Shown here piece by piece: positions 9,647 to 18,641 of a stretch of DNA of 64,000 nucleotides. The stretch comes from Bacteroidota bacterium (GTDB taxonomy: Bacteria > Bacteroidota > Ignavibacteria > UBA10030 > SZUA-254): NCBI GenBank assembly GCA_049515655.1, contig JBEKTW010000001.1, positions 419 through 64,418 on the forward strand, read 5' to 3'. Numbering within the stretch: the stretch's first letter is position 1; each line of letters starts with the position of its first letter. Below the pieces are notes generated by a model, which saw nothing but the letters and a program-made list of their open reading frames with translations, did no database searches and was not told where the DNA came from. Made by a program: the position numbers and the translations under genes.

Positions 9647-10581
9647 GCAACCTCACGCAGAGAGTCCTGACAGCCGTTGTTGCCATCCCGATTATTCTGG
9701 TTATTACCCTGGCGGGAGGTATTTATTTTTTTGGATTCGTGGCACTTGCATCTGCCGTGGCGTTGAAGGAGTTCTATGCATTGGCAAAAGCGAGGGGAGC
9801 TCAACCACTCATCGGGCTGGGAATCGTATCCGGTTTTTTCGTCAATCTCACTTTCTTCCATGCGAAACTTTATGCTCTCCTCATCGCGTTGTTTGGAGGA
9901 AACCCGATGCCCCTGCCATCGCAAACTCAGGCGCTGCTCATCATTCTCCTGGTGAGCGTCGCGGTCATGAGTCTCGTCGAGTTGTTCCGGAACAAAGGCT
10001 CGGCGATAACGAATCTCTCAACAACGGTGTTCGGTGTGCTGTACGTCTCCATGTTCTTCGGCACTCTCATTGGAATACGCGAGTTGTTCATTCCGCTCGA
10101 TTTTCCGATGCTCCGCTATTTCCCGGGTGGGGCGGCGATGAGCGCAACAACAGCGGCGCAGGTATACCGGTGGGGTGGGTACACGGTGATTTCGGTTCTG
10201 GCGATGATCTGGATTTGCGACTCGGCAGCGTTCTACGGGGGATTGGCATTGGGAAGGCACAAGCTCTTCCCGCGAGTCAGCCCGAACAAGACCTGGGAGG
10301 GAGCTGTTTTCGGATTCATTTTCGCGATTGCCGCCGCTCTTGCCGCAAAATACCTTGTTCTCGAGTATCTTCCCCTCGACGGAGCAATTACGCTCGGCGT
10401 CATTGTCGGTGCGGTGGGACAGCTTGGCGACCTCGTGGAATCGCTCTTCAAGCGCGACGCGGGAGTGAAGGATTCATCTCAGTTGATTCCGGGCCACGGA
10501 GGCGTGTTCGACCGGTTCGACAGTTTGCTTTTGGTAGCCCCACTTGTGTATCTTTACTTAGATTTCGTTCTTTTTTCATAA
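9643..10581 (+). CDS. cdsA: phosphatidate cytidylyltransferase
   Basis: 312-aa membrane protein with the CdsA signature KTWEGAVFGF...GHGGVFDRFDSLL. Confidence 0.85.
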   Translation: MSNLTQRVLTAVVAIPIILVITLAGGIYFFGFVALASAVALKEFYALAKARGAQPLIGLGIVSGFFVNLTFFHAKLYALLIALFGGNPMPLPSQTQALLIILLVSVAVMSLVELFRNKGSAITNLSTTVFGVLYVSMFFGTLIGIRELFIPLDFPMLRYFPGGAAMSATTAAQVYRWGGYTVISVLAMIWICDSAAFYGGLALGRHKLFPRVSPNKTWEGAVFGFIFAIAAALAAKYLVLEYLPLDGAITLGVIVGAVGQLGDLVESLFKRDAGVKDSSQLIPGHGGVFDRFDSLLLVAPLVYLYLDFVLFS

Positions 10582-10673
10582 GAGACACATGCTCGGGGGA
10601 TTCAGGTGCTTCCGGAAAAAAGCAGGATCCTCGAGAGTCATCACTCCATAACGAAGGGCTGTAGGTTTTTCAG

Positions 10674-11993
10674 ATGCTGAACGGAAATCGGTATATTTCC
10701 TGTGTTGTGGCAGCCGTGCTGGGGATGTTCATTTTCCCGAACAGGGTGCTTTCCCAGGATCCGTCGATGCCTATTCAACAGTTCGACCTTCCCCGTTTCT
10801 ACTTCGATGCCTTGAGTTTCGCAACCCAACAACAGGACACGTCACGCCTCGATGTGTACATCGAGTTGCCCTATGAATTGCTTTCGTTCACAAAAGACGG
10901 CGATGTGTTCCGGGCAAACCTCGAAGTCACCATGGATATTTCCGATTCCCTCGGGAATCTCTTGAATGAACAACTGTGGACCGAGAAAATCGAGGCGAAA
11001 AACTATGACGAATCCGTCTCCGGACACCTCGGGAAGGTGTGCCAGAAGTCCTTCCTGCTGAGCCCGGGGGTGTACAAAACTGCGGTGCAGGTCAGGGATG
11101 CCGAAACGAAAAATTCGAGGCACATCAACCGGACGGTGATCGTCAGGAAATTCGCCCCCGGTGCGTTGAGGATCAGTGATTTGCTGCTGGTCAATCGCCT
11201 GGAGAGACGGCCGGAAAGAACCGTCGTTGTCCCGAATATCTCGGGGAACATCGGCACAAAGCGGGACAGTTTCTATATTTTCTTCGAGGCCTATCGCAGC
11301 GGGATCGCGGAGTCGGCCAAGTTCTTGCTCACGGTCCACACCGTAAAAGGTGAGATCGTTCAGCGTGATTCACTCCTGCGATCTCTCGGCAATGGAGGGA
11401 ACGCTTGCTTCATGAAGGTTGACTGCAGCAAACTCTCCGCTGGCGGGTACATTGCAGAGGTCCAGGGCTGGTCGGTCGATACATCCTCGGGGTTGGTGAT
11501 TCGCCCAGGAACGGCAATCGCTTCCCATATGTTTACGATTCGGTGGAAAGGTTTGCCACCGACCGTCACTGATTTGGACCTTGCGATCGATGAGCTGCAG
11601 TACATTGCGGACAAAGATGTGATTCAAGCGATGAAACAGGAGACTCCCGAGAAGAGGCGGCAGATGTTCCTGGATTTCTGGAAGAAACGCGACCCGACGC
11701 CCAATACCGAAACCAACGAACTAATGGAGGAGTATTATCAGCGCGTCGATTACGCGAACAAGACCTTCAGCCATTATGCCGATGGATGGAAAACGGACCG
11801 CGGAATGGTGTACATTATCTTTGGGGTACCCAGCAACGTCGAACGCCATCCGTTTGACATGGACTCAAAACCGTATGAAGTGTGGACGTACTATGAACAC
11901 AACCGCCAGTTCGTCTTTGTCGACGCGACAGGGTTCGGGGACTACCGGCTTCAAAACCCAATTTGGGATACGTGGCGGACCGGATACCGCTGA
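10674..11993 (+). CDS. GWxTD domain-containing secreted protein
   Basis: Signal peptide, and the C-terminal motif GWKTDRGMVYIIFGVPS matches the GWxTD domain. Confidence 0.75.
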   Translation: MLNGNRYISCVVAAVLGMFIFPNRVLSQDPSMPIQQFDLPRFYFDALSFATQQQDTSRLDVYIELPYELLSFTKDGDVFRANLEVTMDISDSLGNLLNEQLWTEKIEAKNYDESVSGHLGKVCQKSFLLSPGVYKTAVQVRDAETKNSRHINRTVIVRKFAPGALRISDLLLVNRLERRPERTVVVPNISGNIGTKRDSFYIFFEAYRSGIAESAKFLLTVHTVKGEIVQRDSLLRSLGNGGNACFMKVDCSKLSAGGYIAEVQGWSVDTSSGLVIRPGTAIASHMFTIRWKGLPPTVTDLDLAIDELQYIADKDVIQAMKQETPEKRRQMFLDFWKKRDPTPNTETNELMEEYYQRVDYANKTFSHYADGWKTDRGMVYIIFGVPSNVERHPFDMDSKPYEVWTYYEHNRQFVFVDATGFGDYRLQNPIWDTWRTGYR

Positions 11994-12025
11994 CAACGAT
12001 CTGAGTACTACATGATAGAGGGAAA

Positions 12026-13801
12026 GTGCTTCCGTTCCTTCGCAGAAATCTGATTTCCAGGCTGGGAGGTTTGGTACTGCTTTCCGTGTTAGTGTCGCAC
12101 GCCGACCAGCCGGCGGTTATTCGAGCCGTTAGCATCTCCGGCAATCATGCCCTGACCGTGAACCAGCTCATGGCAGTTATTACGGATAAACGGGGTTCCA
12201 CGTTTTCAAAGCTGCGGATCAATGTGGACGTCGCATCACTCCTCCAGCGATATCATGAAGATGGCTATTACTTCGCGACGGTGAGTCTCGTTCCTCCGGT
12301 CTTTTCCATCGACAGCGCGTTCGTCGACGTCGGTTTTACCATCGACGAAGGGGAGCAGACAAGCATTGGAACGATTGAACTCGAAGGGAATACAGCTTTC
12401 ACGCGGGATGAGATCCTTCAACAGCTCGAAACTCATCCCGGCGGATTTCTCGACCCCAGAGTGCTTGAACGCGATATTGACGCCCTGCTGACCCGCTATG
12501 AACGGCACGGCTATCCGTTTACCGATATCGCCGTCGAAGAAATCTCGCGGTATCAGGAAGAATCTGCCTCGAAACTGCGCGTCGTGCTGCACTTCGAAGA
12601 GGGCGAAAAGGTGACTATTGATGAAATCCACGTTGCGGGGAACAAAGAGACAAAAGAGCACGTCATTGTGCGCGAATCAGGCATCCGGCCCGGCGATTAC
12701 TATGACCAGGAAGAAATAGAAAAGATCCCGCAACGGCTCAACCGCATGAATATTTTCTCCCGCGTCGAAGAGCCCGAGTTCTTTGTAAAGAAATCCGGCT
12801 CCGGCGGCTTGCTTCTTTCAGTTCAGGAAGGGAATACCAGCACGTTCGACGGTATCATTGGATACGTCCCTGCCCCGACCGCTGACGCGCAGGGGTACGT
12901 GATGGGTTTAGTGAACGTGACGATGAGAAATCTCTTCGGGACGGCACGCAAGCTCAATGTTCATTGGCAGCGCGATGACCAGCTTTCGCAGGAGCTGTCG
13001 GCGCAGTACGTAGAGCCGTGGGTCGCCGACCTTCCCGTTGACGCGAGTGCCCTCTTCCAGCAGCGCCAGCAGGACACCACCTACGTTCGTCGTGCGTTCG
13101 AGCTGAAAGCCGACCTGCATGTTTCGGACGCGTTCACGGTCGGAGGAATTTTTGACCAGGAAAATGTCATTCCGTCAAGCACCCTGAGCGGCGTGGTATT
13201 GTCGAACAGCAGAACGGTGACGACAGGACTGGAACTCCGATACGATTCGCGTGACGATATCTTCAGCCCGACGAACGGCGTCAATTACCGCAGCGATTAC
13301 CAGTTCGGCAATAAAACCATCCTTGGCCAGCCAATCGATTCTGCATCGAAAACCAGCTTTACTGTTCAGAAGGTCAGCTTCGACGCTGAGTTTTTCGTAC
13401 AACCGTTCCTCCGCCAGGTCGTTGCCTTCGGCGTTCATGGTCGCCAGTTGACGAGCGACAATATCGACGTCGGGGACCTGTACCGCTTCGGGGGCGCGAC
13501 GACGATGCGTGGTTACCGGGAAAATCAGTTTCTCGGTTCGCGCGTCGGGTGGACGAATACGGAATACCGCTTCCTGCTCGCCCGGCGTTCCTACTTCCTT
13601 GTTTTTTTCGACACCGGTTATTACTTTCTACCGGGCGATGACGCTAAGGGGATTTCATCGATTGAAAATCTGAAGTACGGTTATGGCATCGGCATCCGGC
13701 TTGAATCGTCGCTCGGGAATATCGGCGTGAGTTTCGCGCTGGGGCAGGGTGACTCGTTCAGTCAGGGAAAAATCCACATCGGACTGATCAATGATTTCTG
13801 A
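12026..13801 (+). CDS. Omp85/BamA-family outer membrane protein (POTRA repeats plus beta-barrel)
   Basis: 591 aa. Signal peptide, repeated POTRA-like segments (VIRAVSISGN..., IGTIELEGNTAF..., IDEIHVAGNKETK...), and a C-terminal barrel ending ...IHIGLINDF. Confidence 0.7.
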   Translation: MLPFLRRNLISRLGGLVLLSVLVSHADQPAVIRAVSISGNHALTVNQLMAVITDKRGSTFSKLRINVDVASLLQRYHEDGYYFATVSLVPPVFSIDSAFVDVGFTIDEGEQTSIGTIELEGNTAFTRDEILQQLETHPGGFLDPRVLERDIDALLTRYERHGYPFTDIAVEEISRYQEESASKLRVVLHFEEGEKVTIDEIHVAGNKETKEHVIVRESGIRPGDYYDQEEIEKIPQRLNRMNIFSRVEEPEFFVKKSGSGGLLLSVQEGNTSTFDGIIGYVPAPTADAQGYVMGLVNVTMRNLFGTARKLNVHWQRDDQLSQELSAQYVEPWVADLPVDASALFQQRQQDTTYVRRAFELKADLHVSDAFTVGGIFDQENVIPSSTLSGVVLSNSRTVTTGLELRYDSRDDIFSPTNGVNYRSDYQFGNKTILGQPIDSASKTSFTVQKVSFDAEFFVQPFLRQVVAFGVHGRQLTSDNIDVGDLYRFGGATTMRGYRENQFLGSRVGWTNTEYRFLLARRSYFLVFFDTGYYFLPGDDAKGISSIENLKYGYGIGIRLESSLGNIGVSFALGQGDSFSQGKIHIGLINDF

Positions 13802-13935
13802 GCAATGATCAATGACCAATGACAAATAACAAATGACAGGAGTATTGGAGTGATGGAAGATGTAGATAATGAGATTATGAGTAGTTGAGATATGCCAAAA
13901 CGTTTTTTAATTTTGCATTTTTAATTTTTGATTGC
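13802..13935 (+). repeat. intergenic repeat family 1, copy A: (CAATGAC)-like heptamers plus a promoter-like core
   Basis: caatgatcaatgaccaatgacaaataacaaatgac followed by gttgagatatgccaaaacgttttttaattttgcatttttaatttttg. The core matches copies B and C and contains TAATTTTG, a Bacteroidota -7-like motif. It sits directly upstream of rnhB. Confidence 0.6.
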
Positions 13936-13962
13936 TGCGTACGTCATGGCAGGCAAGATAAA

Positions 13963-14580
13963 ATGGTAGACCTGGAATTCGAACGGAGACTTTGGTCGAA
14001 AGGAATTGGACTCATCGCGGGCGTCGATGAAGCCGGCAGGGGACCCTTGGCAGGTCCGGTCGTTGCGGCCGCGGTTGTATTTCCGGCGGACACCTGGATT
14101 GAAGGTGTAGATGATTCAAAAAAACTCTCTGCCGGCAAACGGGAACAGGTTTTCGAGCTGATCACTCAAAAAGCAGTGAGCGTTGGCATCGGTATCGTCC
14201 CGAATACCGTCATTGATAGAGTGAATATTTTCCAAGCTACTATGCAGGCAATGGCGGAAGCAGTGACGAAACTCTCATCCGCGCCCCAGCATCTGCTGGT
14301 CGATGGACCGCACTATCGCGACAGCACCATCCCGTGCACGAGAATTATCGATGGCGACGCAAAGAGTTTTACGATTGCTGCCGCTTCCATTATCGCAAAA
14401 GTCACAAGGGACCGGATCATGATCGAATACGACAAAGCCTGGCCTCAATACGGGTTCGCAAAACACAAGGGATACGGAACGAAGGAACACCGTGATGCGA
14501 TTCGCAAATTCGGTTCCTGTGAGCTCCACCGCCAGAGTTTCCGTTTGCCGGCAAGAATTCTTTCCGATGCGCATGAATAG
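13963..14580 (+). CDS. rnhB: ribonuclease HII
   Basis: Internal start MVDLEFERRLWSKGIGLIAGVDEAGRGPLAGPVVAAAVV carries the canonical RNase HII DEAGRGP motif. The upstream part of the track ORF lies within the repeat. Confidence 0.85.
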   Translation: MVDLEFERRLWSKGIGLIAGVDEAGRGPLAGPVVAAAVVFPADTWIEGVDDSKKLSAGKREQVFELITQKAVSVGIGIVPNTVIDRVNIFQATMQAMAEAVTKLSSAPQHLLVDGPHYRDSTIPCTRIIDGDAKSFTIAAASIIAKVTRDRIMIEYDKAWPQYGFAKHKGYGTKEHRDAIRKFGSCELHRQSFRLPARILSDAHE

Positions 14581-14923
14581 GCGTGCATGGGGCAAGGAAG
14601 GCGAGGACCGTGCCGTTGGTTTTCTGTTGAAAAAGGGTTACCGTATACTTGAACGAAACTTTCGATTCGAACGTGGTGAAATCGATATCGTCGCGGAAGA
14701 TGGTGAGACCCTGGTTTTTGTGGAGGTAAAATCACGCCGGTCGAAATCCTTTGGTGAAGCGGAAAACGCAATTTCGGTACACAAAAGAAAACAGTTGAGA
14801 AGAATAGCCGAGGGATATCTCTTCAAGAACAGTATTGACGGAAAAGCATGCCGGTTCGATGTCATTGGAGTCCAGTATGTTGGTAAGGAGACGGAGATTC
14901 GGCATCTGGTGGACGCGTTCTGA
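14567..14923 (+). CDS. yraN: YraN-family (UPF0102) endonuclease
   Basis: RAWGKEGEDRAVGFLLKKGYRILERNFRFERGEIDIVAED...LVFVEVK is typical of YraN. The start overlaps the rnhB stop. Confidence 0.75.
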   Translation: MRMNRRAWGKEGEDRAVGFLLKKGYRILERNFRFERGEIDIVAEDGETLVFVEVKSRRSKSFGEAENAISVHKRKQLRRIAEGYLFKNSIDGKACRFDVIGVQYVGKETEIRHLVDAF

Positions 14924-15151
14924 AAATAGAAGATAGGTGGTAGGTTATAGGTGGTAGGTGAATGGGTGAAACGGTGAGATGATGAGATAGGCCAGAACGT
15001 TTTTTAATTTTGAATTGATAGCTAATAGCTAAAGGCCAACGGCCAACAGCCCGAGGCAATGAGCAATGAACAATGAGTAATGACCAATGACCAATGACCA
15101 ATGACGAATGACCAAGAACCAAGAACTACGAACTAAGAACCAACTAACCCC
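14924..15151 (+). repeat. intergenic repeat family 1, copy B: full element (GGTAGGT array, core, CAATGAN array, AAGAAC array)
   Basis: ggtggtaggttataggtggtaggtgaatgggtgaaacggtgagatgatgagataggccagaacgttttttaattttgaattgatagctaatagctaaaggccaacggccaacagcccgaggcaatga, then about 13 heptamer units (caatgag, caatgac x4, caagaac ...) ending at the cstA start. Confidence 0.7.
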
Positions 15152-17005
15152 ATGAACGCCTTGCCCCTTGTTATTGCTGCCTTGTGCGTTATGGCGATCG
15201 CGTATCGTTATTACGGCGCGTTCCTCGCCGCGAAGGTTGTCGCCCTTGACGACGCGCGGGTAACGCCGGCGCATACGTTGTACGACGGTCAGAACTATCA
15301 TCCCACCAACAAATGGGTCTTGTTCGGACATCATTTCGCCGCCATATCCGGCGCGGGCCCGCTCATCGGGCCTGTGCTTGCGGCCCAGTTTGGATTCCTC
15401 CCGGGGTATTTGTGGCTGCTGATCGGCGTGTGTCTTGGCGGGGCAGTGCATGACTTTGTGATTCTTTCTGCGTCAATCAGGAGAAAAGGGAAATCGCTCG
15501 CCGAGATAGCCCGCAATGAGATCAGTCCGCTCGCCGGAATCATCGGCTCGGTCGCGATTCTTATCATCGTTGTGATTGCCCTTGCAGGTCTTGGCCTGGC
15601 TGTTGTGAATGCGCTGAGAGACAGCGCGTGGGGCACATTTACCATCGGCATGACCATTCCTGTTGCATTGTTTGTCGGACTTTGGATGTACCGCATCCGC
15701 CCGGGAAAGATTGTCGAGGCAAGCGTGATCGGTGTCGTGGCGGTCGTAGCCGCCGTCGTCGCCGGGGCGTGGATTCCGCAGTCGTCACTCGGGCAGTACT
15801 TCACGCTGTCACGAGAGGGTATCATTATTTCAATTGCAGTGTATGGATTCATTGCATCCGTCCTGCCGGTGTGGCTTTTGCTCGCTCCGCGGGATTATTT
15901 GAGCTCCTACATGAAAATAGGAACAATCGCCGCCCTCATCGTGGGTGTTATTGTCGTGCATCCCGACCTGAAAATGCCCGCGATGACGCAATTCGTGAAT
16001 GGCGGGGGTCCGATCGTCTCCGGAAAATTGTTTCCCTTTGTCTTCATCACCATTGCCTGTGGAGCGATCTCGGGGTTCCACGCGCTCGTGTCGTCCGGGA
16101 CGACTCCGAAGATGCTCAACCGTGAATCCGACGCGCGGATGATCGGCTACGGCGCGATGCTCATGGAAGGGGTCGTCGGAATTATTTCTTTGATCGCGGC
16201 ATGCTCGCTTTTTCCCGGAGATTATTTTGCCATCAACGCCTCGCCGGAAAAATTCGCAGCGCTTGGTTTACCGACCGTAAACCTCAGTCAGCTTTCTCAG
16301 GAGGTGGGGGAGAAGCTCGTTGCGCGGCCGGGGGGAGCTGTTTCGCTGGCGGTCGGCTTCGCGCAGATCTTTTCGGGTATCCCTGGCATGCGCAGCCTCA
16401 TGTCCTACTGGTATCATTTTGCGATCATGTTCGAGGCGCTGTTCATCCTCACGACGATCGATGCGGGGACCCGCATAGCGAGATTTCTCGTCCAGGAATT
16501 TGTAGGGAAAGTGTGGAAGCCGTTTGAGCGGACGAACTGGATGCCTGGAGCATTCATCGCGACCGCGGTGTCTGTCTTCGCCTGGGCCTATTTCATCTGG
16601 ACGGGAAGCATCAATACGATCTGGCCCATGTTCGGGACGGCAAACCAGTTGCTCGCGAGCGTCGCGCTTGCAGTGGGAACGAGCGCGATTATCAATTCGG
16701 GGAAGTCGCGCTACGCCTGGGTGACGCTGGTCCCCATGTTGTTTGTCGCAACGACGACATTGACGGCGTGCTGGTTGAATATTACCGATAGCTTTCTGCC
16801 GCTCATAAGGAACCCGGGGACGGAGCTGCAGGGCTCCGTCGATGCGATCCTGACTGCCGTTATCATGATATGCGCGGCGATCGTGCTGGTCGAGGCATTC
16901 CGGCGGTGGTACAGGGTGCTCGTCAAGCACGAATATTTGGTCGCGGGTGAGGTTATGTACGCCACTGACAGCAAGTTTACTCCTCCCGATTTTGGCTGCT
17001 GCTGA
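15152..17005 (+). CDS. cstA: carbon starvation protein A (peptide/pyruvate transporter family)
   Basis: 617-aa polytopic membrane protein. The N-terminus [29 protein letters not shown] and [19 protein letters not shown] are typical of CstA. Confidence 0.9.
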   Translation: MNALPLVIAALCVMAIAYRYYGAFLAAKVVALDDARVTPAHTLYDGQNYHPTNKWVLFGHHFAAISGAGPLIGPVLAAQFGFLPGYLWLLIGVCLGGAVHDFVILSASIRRKGKSLAEIARNEISPLAGIIGSVAILIIVVIALAGLGLAVVNALRDSAWGTFTIGMTIPVALFVGLWMYRIRPGKIVEASVIGVVAVVAAVVAGAWIPQSSLGQYFTLSREGIIISIAVYGFIASVLPVWLLLAPRDYLSSYMKIGTIAALIVGVIVVHPDLKMPAMTQFVNGGGPIVSGKLFPFVFITIACGAISGFHALVSSGTTPKMLNRESDARMIGYGAMLMEGVVGIISLIAACSLFPGDYFAINASPEKFAALGLPTVNLSQLSQEVGEKLVARPGGAVSLAVGFAQIFSGIPGMRSLMSYWYHFAIMFEALFILTTIDAGTRIARFLVQEFVGKVWKPFERTNWMPGAFIATAVSVFAWAYFIWTGSINTIWPMFGTANQLLASVALAVGTSAIINSGKSRYAWVTLVPMLFVATTTLTACWLNITDSFLPLIRNPGTELQGSVDAILTAVIMICAAIVLVEAFRRWYRVLVKHEYLVAGEVMYATDSKFTPPDFGCC

Positions 17006-17334
17006 CCGGGACAACACCGTTCCTTCCCCGTTACCCTGAGCAAGTCCTGAGCGACCCCGAGCGAGCGTAGCGAGTCGAGGGGGAGTCGAAGGACGAGTCG
17101 AGGGGTGTCCGTCGGGTGGCCGGTCAGGGGACCGGCCTCTACGGCAGGGAAGCGCTTGCGGTGCGTTCTCCATCTCGATGACGCACACGCTTGACTTTTT
17201 AGGGTGTGCTTATTGTATTTACTCAACGCACTGAGTAGATTATCTCAATGTATTGAGTAAGTACGATGCCAAAAAGAAGGAATTTTGGCGCAAACAGCGC
17301 GGACTCAGTCGCTCAGGGAGGGCACGTGATCGCT

Positions 17335-18324
17335 CTATTTCTTTCCAATAATCTGCGTCACACCGAATGCCGTTTCTCTCCTGACAATCTTCGATAAGCC
17401 GGCCTCCTCCATCCATGACCGCACCTCGGATTCCGTATATGTATCTCCGGATCCTGTCCCGACGAGCATGTTCAGGGCGAAGAAGGCCCCGTGCAGGGGG
17501 GCCGTCCGGTCATCATCCATGATGAAATCCTGCACCACGACCCGCCCGTTCGGATTCAGAGCTCTCGCGCATTTCTTGATGAGCTTCCGGTTTTCGCTCT
17601 CGGAATTGCTGTGGACGATCGCGGAAAGAAACACTATGTCAAACCCCCTCCCGAGATCGTCCATCAGGTAATCGCCGGCTTGCAGCTCGACTTTCCCGGA
17701 GAGTTTCGCCTGCCTCACATACCGCTTCGTCAGCGGAAGAACATTCGGAAGGTCAAAAACGGTTGCAGTGATGCCTTCCTTCGCTTTCACAAAAGCCATT
17801 GCAAACGCGCCCGAGCCGCTGCCGACATCAAGCACGCGGGACACGCTCGAGAGGTCCATTTGAGCAACGACTGCCGGAGCCTGCTTCGCGGCCCGGTCGT
17901 GCATCGCAGCTATGAACGCGGTGAGCCACGTGTCGCCCCGGCTATTTATTTCCGGTCGCACTGCGACCGAGGTGCCTTTCCTAACTGCGGCAGTGAGTGT
18001 TGTCCATGTGTCCCACAGGTGAACGGTGTGCATCAAGCCGGATGTAAATTCCGGTTTACCCTTCACCAGAAATCGGGAGGCGACGGGGGTATTTTGGAAT
18101 CTTCCGTTCTTTTTTACCAGCATCTTCATCGCACAGAGAGCGTTCATCAATCTGTCCGTGGCGCGCGGGTCGGTCTTCAGCGCTCTTGCAACTTCCGAAG
18201 ATGACCTCTTCCGGTTGCCCAATTCGGTGAACACGCCGAGTTCGAATGCCGTCAGTAGAATCCGGCTGCTCTGAAAACGATATGCGATTTCTCTGATGAT
18301 GTTTGGAGATAAGGACTCCGTCAT
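17335..18324 (-). CDS. class I SAM-dependent O-methyltransferase (COMT-like, with dimerisation domain)
   Basis: 329 aa. N-terminal winged-helix dimerisation region, and the SAM motif VLDVGSGSGAFAMAF plus DIVFLSAIVH, as in plant and bacterial O-methyltransferases. Confidence 0.8.
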   Translation of the reverse strand: MTESLSPNIIREIAYRFQSSRILLTAFELGVFTELGNRKRSSSEVARALKTDPRATDRLMNALCAMKMLVKKNGRFQNTPVASRFLVKGKPEFTSGLMHTVHLWDTWTTLTAAVRKGTSVAVRPEINSRGDTWLTAFIAAMHDRAAKQAPAVVAQMDLSSVSRVLDVGSGSGAFAMAFVKAKEGITATVFDLPNVLPLTKRYVRQAKLSGKVELQAGDYLMDDLGRGFDIVFLSAIVHSNSESENRKLIKKCARALNPNGRVVVQDFIMDDDRTAPLHGAFFALNMLVGTGSGDTYTESEVRSWMEEAGLSKIVRRETAFGVTQIIGKK

Positions 18325-18641
18325 TGGTCATCGGTCATTGGTTGTTGGCTCTTAATTGAAAGTTGTCAGTTCTTGGTTGTTAGTTCTTAGTTGTTGGTCA
18401 CTAGTCAATAGTCATTCGTCATTGCTCATTGATCATTGCTTCGGGCTGTTGGCCTTTAGCTATTAGCTCTCAATTCAAAGTTAAAAAGTCAAAATTAAAA
18501 AACGCCTTCACATATCTCATAATCTCAACTACTCCATTAATCCATTTCTCCAACGATCATCTCGCCGTTTCACCCTTTCACCGGTTCTCCCCTTCACCCT
18601 TCGCCGATTCTCCCCATCACCTATCACCTACAATCTACCAC
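18325..18641 (-). repeat. intergenic repeat family 1, copy C (reverse orientation, so the same polarity relative to the downstream O-methyltransferase gene)
   Basis: The reverse complement reads ggtggtagattgtaggtgataggtga...gttgagattatgagatatgtgaaggcgttttttaattttgactttttaactttgaattgagagctaatagctaaaggccaacagcccgaagcaatgatcaatgagcaatgacgaatgac..., about 85-90% identical to copy B in the core. Confidence 0.7.

Noticed and set aside
14862-15122. 86-aa ORF (and the similar 112-aa ORF at 18429-18767) with repetitive VIGHWSLVIGH... translation
   Set aside because: They lie entirely within repeat family 1. The 7-nt periodicity produces the peptide repeats. The two 'proteins' are similar only because the DNA elements are. 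No RBS or codon-usage support.
15057-15146. CRISPR array
   Set aside because: The repeats are contiguous 7-mers with no spacers. No cas genes are present.
16268-17188. 306-aa minus-strand ORF rich in Arg/Pro
   Set aside because: Antisense to cstA and extending into the GC-rich intergenic region. Composition typical of an out-of-frame GC-rich translation.
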